DNA of 63,726 bases, the filler included, from Octopus bimaculoides (Eukaryota), in assembly GCF_001194135.2 (NCBI RefSeq). It is 9 parts of 8 records of this genome, joined end to end, with 100 filler letters (N's around TTAATTAATTAA, not from the genome) between each part and the next. Parts side by side here need not be neighbours in the genome. Positions count along the whole stretch, not along the records: positions 16,714 to 30,801 come from NC_068998.1; positions 30,902 to 35,934 come from NC_068997.1; 7 more parts are not named here. One strand, written 5' to 3'. The notes below the pieces were generated by a model. It ran no database searches. It was not told the DNA's origin and was given only the letters and a program-made list of their open reading frames with translations. Made by a program: the position numbers and the translations under genes. Of the stretch, positions 25,331-36,034 are shown one piece after another; the first letter of the stretch is position 1, and every line of letters starts with the position of its first letter.

Positions 25331-25460
25331 ATTTCTAATCATCCAGTGCGTCACTTCTGGCGCATGCGCCATACGTTCGTCGCGCTTGATTTAACCATAG
25401 CAACCTAAAATTGTGCATTTATACTTAAATATGATTATGCGTGTGAGCGTGCGCATGCCT
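25060..25460. promoter_or_regulatory. CpG-enriched promoter-like region with CRE, NRF1 and partial RFX X-box motifs
   Basis: TGACGTCA 25073-25080; GCGCATGCGC 25360-25369; TTAACCATAGCAAC 25391-25404; GCGCATGC 25451-25458; unique, CpG-rich sequence. Confidence 0.6.
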
Positions 25461-25474
25461 TTGCATGTGATAGA

Positions 25475-25510
<36 letters not shown>

Positions 25511-25524
25511 TATATGTATATCTG

Positions 25525-25700
25525 GGAGAAATGCTTAGCGGTATTTCGTATGTCTTTCCGTTCTCAATTCAAATTCCGCCGAGGTTTACTTGTCCTTTCG
25601 AGGTCGATAAATTAAGTACCAGTTGCATACTGGGATCGATTTAATCGACTGACCCCCTCCCCAATAATTTCGCGCCGTCTGCCTAGAGTTGAAAAGAAAA
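25525..25700 (+). mobile_element. SINE family B, 5'-truncated
   Basis: GAAATGCTTAGCGGTATTTCG...TTCAAATTCCGCCGAGG...TAAGTACCAG. Confidence 0.85.
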
Positions 25701-25714
25701 TATGAGCTTTACAT

Positions 25715-25985
25715 ACATGCACGCAGTGCCAAGCAGTAAGACATGAACCCGGAACCATGTGGTTGGAAATCAAGCTTCTTTATTTCATTAAATTTGCCAT
25801 TTAGGCATAACATAGATTAGCAGAAGCTAGGGCTGGACAGAGACATTAATGAAATGAGATGAATAGTGTACATGATGGTATAGATGGGAGAAGACAAAGC
25901 CGCCCACCGAACTTTGCTTCTCTAAAACTTTGTTCTTTTCTTTTTAAATCAAGCTTCTTACCGCACAGCCATTCCTGCGCCTGTA
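25715..25985 (-). mobile_element. SINE family A head split by a 165-bp insert with 14-bp TSD
   Basis: AAATCAAGCTTCTT at 25767-25780 and 25946-25959; removing the insert restores the SINE head. Confidence 0.85.
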
Positions 25986-27019
25986 TTATATGGGGTGGGG
26001 TCTAACAAAAAGCTATTTGCTTCATGTGTGTGTGTGTGTGTGTGTGTGAAGCATGTAAACCTAACGACAGAATAACTGATGTCGCTAGGATAGCAAAAGC
26101 CATTGTATAGCCTCACTTATGTACTTGGTTCTCTATTTTTTTCCCTCCCCATCTGTTTTCTCTGCCCATTCCTTTCAGCTGAAGAGCGTCGGCTTGAAAT
26201 GCCGAAGACTCATTCTTCTTAAGCGTCAAACTAATACACCTAATGAAATCCCTTAAACACACTGACACTCACATTCGAACATATACACACACACACTGAA
26301 TGTGAACGATATACGTATGAAAAGAGTGAGAGAAATTGTGTCAAATATATATTTAGGGAGAGAGGGAGGGAGGGAGGACGTTTACAAAGATAAAAGCGGA
26401 AAATGAAAGAAATTTACTATCACAGATTTTTATATTCTAGAATTAAGTGAAAATTTTCAAATTTGGTTTATTGACGGTTTTTTTTTTGCTTTTTTTTTTT
26501 CGCTGAATCCGATTTTGGAATTTATTTATTCCAGAAAATGTTTTGGAAAATGTTACAGTGATTTAAAATTTGATAATTTTTACCCAAGCAGAAAACCGGA
26601 TTTAGAAGCTAGTATTCTGTGCGTGAAAGCTATGTGGCATAAAATGAAAGTAGACATTGGAAAACGAAGTTTTAAACAAAATGGTAGAAATTATGTCGTA
26701 TGAAGAGAGAGAGAGAGAGGAGGGGGAGACAACATGCGTGAGAGATCATACATATCCAAAAAGGGAGTAAAATAGAGTGTGGTAACTATGTATAGAGAGG
26801 AGAAGGCGTAAGAGGGAGAGAGCATGATGGTGACAGATAGAGAGTGGGAGATTTGTCGATCTAAAAGTTGAGTTATTTCTCGTAGGAAATTATATATTTT
26901 CTCATTATTATTTACGGACAACCTTTTCTTAAGGACGCAGATTTCAAAAATCAAATTCGTTTTTCTCGAATATGTATGTGTTTAACCCTTTGGGGGTTAA
27001 ACATACATATTCACCTAAG

Positions 27020-27074
<55 letters not shown>

Positions 27075-27832
27075 TCGTAGATATACTCAGTCTCATGTAT
27101 TGAGTTCTTTTCGTTCTCACTCTCTCACTCTCTTGAAATACAAGCGTTCGCCTCTCCCACTATACACACACATACATTACTATGTGTGTGTGTGTGTGTG
27201 TGTATTAAATACATACTTATACTGAATATCAGCAGGTATTTAAGAAACGCAGCATACAATATAATTGGTGGCGGCGGCGGTGGTGGTGATACTAGGTTAT
27301 GGTGGCGGAGTGTCACCGTGTGAATTAGAGCTTCAATCTTCCAGACACCGCCTACAGTTGCCACTGGAACGGAGAAGAAAAGGTGAAAAGAATGTTTGGT
27401 CCACAGAGCGAGACGCTTCTCAATGAATGAAGCAACGAACGAATACATGAATGAATGGAATAGGATACAGGTGGAAGTGGTGGTGGCGTTGGTAGTGGTA
27501 GTGGTGGTGGCGGGGGGTAGTTTAGGTGTTGTTAATAATGGTGTTGGTGCTTGATAATGGTTGTGGTGATAGCGTTTTTGTTGTACGGGTTGGTAGTGCT
27601 GGTAGTCGTGACTGAGGTTGTGGTGGCGATGGTGGAGGTGAAAGCGGTAGTATAACCATTGAAAGTGTTCTTCAATATTTAAGGCACAATTCTATGAATC
27701 CAGCAGCATTTGGCTGCTATGTTTTGCAGAGCCAGGAACCACGTTTTGTGGCAGTGAGACTCTCTTTAGAGATAGCGTGCTACAGATTACTCAGTCACAC
27801 ACCAAGATATATATATATGTGTGTTTGTGTAT

Positions 27833-27919
<87 letters not shown>

Positions 27920-28258
27920 NNNNNNNNNNNNNNNNNNNNNNNNNNNNNNNNNNNNNNNNNNNNNNNNNNNNNNNNNNNNNNNNNNNNNNNNNNNNNNNNN
28001 NNNNNNNNNNNNNNNNNNNNNNNNNNNNNNNNNNNNNNNNNNNNNNNNNNNNNNNNNNNNNNNNNNNNNNNNNNNNNNNNNNNNNNNNNNNNNNNNNNNN
28101 NNNNNNNNNNNNNNNNNNNNNNNNNNNNNNNNNNNNNNNNNNNNNNNNNNNNNNNNNNNNNNNNNNNNNNNNNNNNNNNNNNNNNNNNNNNNNNNNNNNN
28201 NNNNNNNNNNNNNNNNNNNNNNNNNNNNNNNNNNNNNNNNNNNNNNNNNNTTGTGTAT

Positions 28259-28318
<60 letters not shown>

Positions 28319-28529
28319 CGTACTTGTGTGCTTAAGTACCTACATACAAATTACATGTAGACAACGCTCTCACATACATGTATGTATTAAGGTGTGTGTA
28401 TATGTGTGCCGACGTATAAACGTGGACGTGTAACTCAAACATGACCGGGATTGTAAGGCTCGCACCCAACACTTGTGGGACGTGACAGTATTTTCTTGAA
28501 GTTTGGAGTACTTCAGAATGTGGCATAAA

Positions 28530-28880
28530 TAAGTTTAGTTTTATCCTTGGTTTTAGCTCCTCCTGTGCACTTGAGTACCGCTGACTGAGGCCGCTGCTTT
28601 CTATTGGCTGCGTTTTTCTCTGTATCCGGTTGTGTGAAATTTACCTTTCTTATGTCGGTTTTGTATGTTTTGCACCAGGTAGACTTCGGCTTCAGTGTTC
28701 GGTTTTCTTCTCTTCCATTTCCTTTCCAATGATGTTCATTTGAAAGCTGTATTAGAATGGTAGGGCGTAAGGAGTATGATATGTCCCAGTGGCGATATTG
28801 TCCGAACCCTCGCCGCCACTGATATATCCCATGAAGACGACATATTTCGTCGTCTCTACGGGACGGATCCGAACGGCGTA
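28530..28880 (-). mobile_element. RTE LINE 3' fragment, decayed
   Basis: LGHII...TAFK*TSLERKWKRRKPNT, TWCKTYKTDI...AANRKQ...LKCTGGAK, following the RTE terminal consensus. Confidence 0.65.
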
Positions 28881-28984
28881 CCTTCGCCGACCGACCCTAT
28901 TGACTGTGTCAGTCCACTATTTAGTCGTAGTGGACCAGCCCACTTCTCGCCTGGGGACGTCCGCCACCACAGACTAAAAGAGTA

Positions 28985-29304
28985 AAGACTCCTCCGGTCA
29001 TGAATGACCGGGGAATTGCACTTAGAGAGTTCCTTTCCTAGGTACTAGTCCGGGTAAAGTCGCTTGGGGAAGACCAGTGGTCACCCATGCAGAACAACCT
29101 CCCCTGTCTCCGTCAAGGGAAAAGGCAAAGGTGCCGATACAGCTTGGCACCAGTGACGTTGCAGCTCGTATCTACAGATCAGTGGACTCGAGCAACGTGA
29201 AATGAAGTGTCTTGCTCAAGAGCACAACACACACCCTGGGAATCGAACTCACTACCTCGTGACTGTGAGCTCAACGCTCTAACCACTGATCCATGCGCCT
29301 TCAC
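28985..29304 (-). mobile_element. SINE family C, full-length, with 3' stem-loop
   Basis: Head GTGAAGGCGCATGGATCAGTGG, B-box GTTCGATTCC, CORE-like CTTGAGCAAGACACTT; hairpin CCGGTCAT-GA-ATGACCGG near the 3' end and a (CTTTA)-like tail. Confidence 0.85.
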
Positions 29305-29447
29305 GATATTAGAGCAGTATCGTTCTTTTCTACTCTGGGCACAAGGCATGACATTTTGGGGGTAAGGACCAATCAATTCTTCTTCTTCTTCTTCTTCTTC
29401 TTCTTCTTCTTCTTCTTCTTCTTCTTCTTCTTCTTCTTCTTCACTTT

Positions 29448-29497
<50 letters not shown>

Positions 29498-29625
29498 CAT
29501 TATTATTAATTGAGAACGTAAAGTAGACAAAAGGGATAGAGGGAATAAGGAAACGAAAAGAAAAAAAGTGGGGGGTGTACAAAATAGGAAAGGAGCATTT
29601 GAATATTATAAATACGTGTGTTGTT

Positions 29626-29664
<39 letters not shown>

Positions 29665-30259
29665 TTATCTCCCTTAGTTGCTCAGTACACGAAAATAATG
29701 TAAGTACTGAAAAGTCCATGGCTTTAAGGGTGTCGCGAAAGGCTTGGCTGGAGTTCCAACGCTCCGAGTTCTTTTACAGGGCTAAGAAAATCTGAAGGAC
29801 CGCTGCAATGAGTGTGTGAATCTGAGAACAGAATATGTTAAGTAAAATCATAATCAACTGATTCTCTTGTATTTTCTTTTACTGAATGCCAGGAACTTTT
29901 CAGCACACACACAAACACACGCACACACACACCCTCGTACAGACAGGCTGAGTTTTAATAATTCTTTAGCAGGAAATCCTGGAAGATATGGGGAACGAAA
30001 AGGATACGAAAGTAACATTATAGAGAACGGTTTCTCTTTTGCATTTCCTAATTCCTGATTTCTGTTGCATGAAATAGTACGAGAAATCGAAGAAATAGTA
30101 CAGAAAAACAAACTGCTCTTTACCATTCCCAAGAAGTATGGATATTCGAGGATCAGGAATTAAAATTATTTTGCATACATACTTGTGTGTGTGCGTGCGC
30201 GTGTCTGTATATGGGTTATATCTGAGTATGCGTACACACACACACACACACACATACAC

Positions 30260-30291
<32 letters not shown>

Positions 30292-30758
30292 ATGTTTTAT
30301 TCAGGACTGAAGGCCAACGCCTCATTGCCTATTAAAAGGTATCCGATCCAAATGGGAAGGAGGGACCTGACCCTCCAACGGGAAATGTGGCAATAATGAT
30401 TGCAATGGAGTGGACCCTACTAGTAAACACCCAGATTACTTGCTATTTGTATCAAACCAAGTGTTTAGTTATGTTCAATAAGCATGTAGGCTACGGCGGG
30501 AATAGAACCCATAGCGCAAAGAGCCGGAGCTGATAACTGCAAGTGATTCGGTCCGGCGGTGCTTACAGTCTTGCCGAAACATCGACATGGAGTTTTAGAT
30601 TTTTGTCGTTCCAGAGAGGATGAAAGCGAAGTTGTCCTCGGTAGAAATCGAACACGAAGCGCAGGTAGTCAGAATAAATTCCGCCAAGCATTCTCTCCTG
30701 TGTTCTAATGGTTCAGAGTAGGTTTGATAGACGGAAACTGAAAGAAGCCTGTCGTGTA

Positions 30759-30801
<43 letters not shown>

Positions 30802-31049
30802 NNNNNNNNNNNNNNNNNNNNNNNNNNNNNNNNNNNNNNNNNNNNTTAATTAATTAANNNNNNNNNNNNNNNNNNNNNNNNNNNNNNNNNNNNNNNNNNN
30901 NTATATATATATATATATATATCGAAGTGTTAGTTCAAAGCAGTGTTTAGGCATGAGCAGAATTTAGGTTAGTTGAAATATATTTTTGACATATTTCAAC
31001 TGCTAAAATGCAAATGCACTGCAGTTAGTGTGGAGAATATATCTCTCTT

Positions 31050-31325
31050 ATGGTAAAAAGGTTACGACAACAAAGGTTCCAGTTGATCCGATCAACGGTA
31101 CAACCGTTGTGGAATTAAAGAGCAAAGGGAGATTCAGTGTGATACAGAACGTGACAAGGCTAGCCCTTTCAATTACAGGTACAACTCATTTTTTGCCAGC
31201 TGAGTGGACTGGAGCAATGTGAAATGAAGAGTTTTACTCAAGGACATTATGCACCGCTAGGAATCGAACTCATGACCTTACGATCATCAGCTGAATACGC
31301 TGACCACTAAGCTATATGCCTTCAC
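31050..31325 (-). mobile_element. SINE family C copy
   Basis: Homologous head and body to 28985-29304. Confidence 0.75.
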
Positions 31326-31630
31326 ACATACATACATACATACATACATACAACAAAACATACAAATCTGCACATATACATACATAATACATACATAATA
31401 CATACATACATACATACATACATACATACAAATCTGCACATATACATACATACATATATACATACACTACATACAAAAATACCCTGTTGCTGATGGTGAA
31501 TTTCCAATGAACGAGCCTTGGCTCTAGGTTAGAGACCGGTTCTTTCTCTATTGGCAAGAAATCTTGAAATAAAGCTGAATAATGACATAAATACAAACAT
31601 ACATAGATTGTCACCATGACAAACTTTATG

Positions 31631-31687
<57 letters not shown>

Positions 31688-32755
31688 TTAATAAGGTCTC
31701 TAACCATCACTTTTATGGCATTAACAATGACATGGACACTGTCAATTCCACTCTTTATGCCAAGTGTTGTTGATTTTGAAGAGTCTAACAGCTGTTAGAC
31801 TGCATACACATCTAATNNNNNNNNNNNNNNNNNNNNNNNNNNNNNNNNNNNNNNNNNNNNNNNNNNNNNNNNNNNNNNNNNNNNNNNNNNNNNNNNNNNN
31901 NNNNNNNNNNNNNNNNNNNNNNNNNNNNNNNNNNNNNNNNNNNNNNNNNNNNNNNNNNNNNNNNNNNNNNNNNNNNNNNNNNNNNNNNNNNNNNNNNNNN
32001 NNNNNNNNNNNNNNNNNNNNNNNNNNNNNNNNNNNNNNNNNNNNNNNNNNNNNNNNNNNNNNNNNNNNNNNNNNNNNNNNNNNNNNNNNNNNNNNNNNNN
32101 NNNNNNNNNNNNNNNNNNNNNNNNNNNNNNNNNNNNNNNNNNNNNNNNNNNNNNNNNNNNNNNNNNNNNNNNNNNNNNNNNNNNNNNNNNNNNNNNNNNN
32201 NNNNNNNNNNNNNNNNNNNNNNNNNNNNNNNNNNNNNNNNNNNNNNNNNNNNNNNNNNNNNNNNNNNNNNNNNNNNNNNNNNNNNNNNNNNNNNNNNNNN
32301 NNNNNNNNNNNNNNNNNNNNNNNNNNNNNNNNNNNNNNNNNNNNNNNNNNNNNNNNNNNNNNNNNNNNNNNNNNNNNNNNNNNNNNNNNNNNNNNNNNNN
32401 NNNNNNNNNNNNNNNNNNNNNNNNNNNNNNNNNNNNNNNNNNNNNNNNNNNNNNNNNNNNNNNNNNNNNNNNNNNNNNNNNNNNNNNNNNNNNNNNNNNN
32501 NNNNNNNNNNNNNNNNNNNNNNNNNNNNNNNNNNNNNNNNNNNNNNNNNNNNNNNNNNNNNNNNNNNNNNNNNNNNNNNNNNNNNNNNNNNNNNNNNNNN
32601 NNNNNNNNNNNNNNNNNNNNNNNNNNNNNNNNNNNNNNNNNNNNNNNNNNNNNNNNNNNNNNNNNNNNNNNNNNNNNNNNNNNNNNNNNNNNNNNNNNNN
32701 NNNNNNNNNNNNNNNNNNNNNNNNNNNNNNNNNNNNNNNNNNNNNNNNNNNNNNN

Positions 32756-32813
<58 letters not shown>

Positions 32814-32824
32814 CATCATTATTA

Positions 32825-32894
<70 letters not shown>

Positions 32895-33295
32895 GGAGTG
32901 AGAGAGCAGTGCACGCCATCAAAGTGACACTTGGGTAAAATATACGAAGCCCAGTATACCCATCATGACTACCTGTCCAATAAGGGTACACCGGGCACAT
33001 GCATCACAACCATATGTGCACCACATGGTGATCTCATATCAAGATAAACAATGCATGACCTTGCAGGTAGGGTCCAGTTAGAATTTTCTTCAGGCCGAAT
33101 AACCCATCCCGCTCAAAAGGTCTCTGAATAAGGATTATTTAAGGACGTTGAATGAAACAACCATGTTTCCAAGGGTGAACTATCCAAACCCCAAAGAATT
33201 CTTCTGAACAATGACTATAATGCTTCCCCACTACTTCTGTTCGTGATAAGAGATGCGTATATCTTCAGCCACTGAGGGACAGACAATACGAAGAG
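32895..33295 (-). mobile_element. Unclassified interspersed repeat ending in a long (TAA)n tract, probably a LINE 3' region
   Basis: Non-simple 400-bp segment running directly into (TAA)n at 32756-32894 on the minus strand; no recognisable ORF. Confidence 0.4.
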
Positions 33296-33529
33296 CGCGA
33301 TGCGATTGAAATAGATTGTTTACTGGTTTGAATGCTATTTCAACAGCTTGCCTATCTTTTTCAAGTTCAAAATATCAAATGAACAGAGAAATTCAAAATC
33401 ATAGAAATTCAAATTAAAAAGCTTGATTGAGGAGATCCTGCGTTCCCACTTTGACGGAATGACACAAGATCTACTTTTGCACCTGAAATATTAAAGTAAT
33501 ATTTTGTTTTAAAAAAGATATGTACTTAC

Positions 33530-33671
33530 AGTCATCACTTCTGATGTAACAGGAAAATCCTTTCCATCCCTTTGGGCACTTACATTCTCCATTAACGGCA
33601 TTGCATGTCACATTTTTCATACAAGTACAGTTGTTCAGGCAGTCAATGCCCCATTCAGATGTAAGACAATC
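33530..33671 (-). CDS. Internal exon encoding one laminin-type EGF repeat (MEGF10/11/Draper/SCARF-like multi-EGF protein)
   Basis: DCLTSEWGIDCLNNCTCMKNVTCNAVNGECKCPKGWKGFSCYIRSDD has the C-x4-WG-x2-C-x3-C-x-C-x5-C-x4-G-x-C-x-C-x2-GW-x-G-x2-C pattern; acceptor TTCCTCCAG and donor GTAAGT; 142 nt, phase 0 to 1. Confidence 0.85.
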
Positions 33672-34188
33672 CTGGAGGAACACAGAAACTGGGTTATATG
33701 GTTGGCTGTCATTGGGTGATACTCTGTCACACTAGGTCATATTGAGTTACATTGTGTTATACAGGATTACATTGGGTTACACTAGGTTACACTAAGCTAC
33801 ACTATGATATTATATATACTGTCATTTGAAGTTTATTTTATATAGTTTTTATTGTTTAAAATTAAATAAAGATGATGAAAAAATAATAAAAGAAATTCAA
33901 CAAAAAGCTCCGTTCAAAATGCCAGAAGAAAATAGATTTCCCGGGGTTTTCTCTCTAGATTTTCAAGTTCTTTACCAATATTTTTTACCAGATTTTCATT
34001 TTTTTCCCTTTCATTCTCGCTCTCTCTAGATTTCCTCAGATATTCACTTCCTACTGTTTCTTGAAGAAAGCGCTCCGTGTATGATATGGTAAATGTATAA
34101 ATTAAGTATGGAAGAAGAAAAAAGACGAGGTGGTTGTACTTGAAATATCTTTGATACAAAGATTACTACATCAGGGCTAGCCTGGGGT

Positions 34189-34252
<64 letters not shown>

Positions 34253-34362
34253 CGATAACAGCTGTAGTAGCAGCAACGATTCCAACATTAGCAGCAGCCG
34301 CAGAAGCCGTAGCAGAAACAACAGTAGTAGCAACCAGAACAACAACAACACACAACAAACAA

Positions 34363-34428
<66 letters not shown>

Positions 34429-35144
34429 NNNNNNNNNNNNNNNNNNNNNNNNNNNNNNNNNNNNNNNNNNNNNNNNNNNNNNNNNNNNNNNNNNNNNNNN
34501 NNNNNNNNNNNNNNNNNNNNNNNNNNNNNNNNNNNNNNNNNNNNNNNNNNNNNNNNNNNNNNNNNNNNNNNNNNNNNNNNNNNNNNNNNNNNNNNNNNNN
34601 NNNNNNNNNNNNNNNNNNNNNNNNNNNNNNNNNNNNNNNNNNNNNNNNNNNNNNNNNNNNNNNNNNNNNNNNNNNNNNNNNNNNNNNNNNNNNNNNNNNN
34701 NNNNNNNNNNNNNNNNNNNNNNNNNNNNNNNNNNNNNNNNNNNNNNNNNNNNNNNNNNNNNNNNNNNNNNNNNNNNNNNNNNNNNNNNNNNNNNNNNNNN
34801 NNNNNNNNNNNNNNNNNNNNNNNNNNNNNNNNNNNNNNNNNNNNNNNNNNNNNNNNNNNNNNNNNNNNNNNNNNNNNNNNNNNNNNNNNNNNNNNNNNNN
34901 NNNNNNNNNNNNNNNNNNNNNNNNNNNNNNNNNNNNNNNNNNNNNNNNNNNNNNNNNNNNNNNNNNNNNNNNNNNNNNNNNNNNNNNNNNNNNNNNNNNN
35001 NNNNNNNNNNNNNNNNNNNNNNNNNNNNNNNNNNNNNNNNNNNNNNNNNNNNNNNNNNNNNNNNNNNNNNNNNNNNNNNNNNNNNNNNNNNNNNNNNNNN
35101 NNNNNNNNNNNNNNNNNNATATATATATATATATATATATATAT

Positions 35145-35306
35145 ATACGATGGGCTTCTTTCAGTCTTGGCCTACCAAATCCACTCACAAGGCTTTGGTC
35201 GGCTCGAAGCTATAGTAGAAGACACTTGCCCAAGGTTCCATGCAGTGGAATTGAACTCAGAGCCATATATTTGAGAAGCAAGTTTCTTCCGATGCAGCTA
35301 CGCCTG
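35145..35306 (-). mobile_element. SINE family A, 5' half
   Basis: Reverse complement of the family A head and body. Confidence 0.8.
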
Positions 35307-35499
35307 TACATATATTATTTGTGTGTGTATGTGTGTGTGTATACAAATGTATGCATATGTATATGCGCGCGTGTGTGTATACATATATATGCATATATAT
35401 ACAAACATGTATGTGTTATTTATATATGTATATATGTGCATGCGTGTGTAATATATATGACTACATACAGGTATGTTATATAAATGTATACATGCATAA

Positions 35500-35656
35500 G
35501 GCGCACATGTGGTGTGTGGTAAGAAGTTAGCTTCCTAAAGACATGGTTCCAGGTTCAGTTCTACTACGTGGCACTTTGGTCAAGTGTCATCTATTATAGT
35601 ATTGAGGCCCAAAGCCTTGCGAGTGGATTTTATAGACGATAACTGAAAGAAGCCCA

Positions 35657-35660
<4 letters not shown>
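35500..35660 (+). mobile_element. SINE family A, 5' half (inverted relative to 35145-35306)
   Basis: GGCGCA...GTGTGGTAAGAAG...GGTTCAG...AACTGAAAGAAGCCC. Confidence 0.8.
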
Positions 35661-35713
<53 letters not shown>

Positions 35714-36034
35714 CATATATATATATATGTCCGTTCATGTTCAGGTGTGTGTTGAATTTCCCTAGAGAACATTCTTTTCTTTTGTGGTTTGACTGTAGCT
35801 GGTCTATTTCTAGTATAATGGATCTCCACTTAGTGGTCATCCCTTCTAATATGTATGTAATATAATTTTTCTGAATTTTCAGGATTTTCTTTATGTTAGG
35901 CCACTGGTGTTAATTAAATTAATATCCAATTTATNNNNNNNNNNNNNNNNNNNNNNNNNNNNNNNNNNNNNNNNNNNNTTAATTAATTAANNNNNNNNNN
36001 NNNNNNNNNNNNNNNNNNNNNNNNNNNNNNNNNN

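Noticed and set aside
26179-26199. Hammerhead-like CTGAAGAGC...TTGAAA
   Set aside because: Core and stem II cannot both form; at best a further decayed relative of the 41.9-kb motif.
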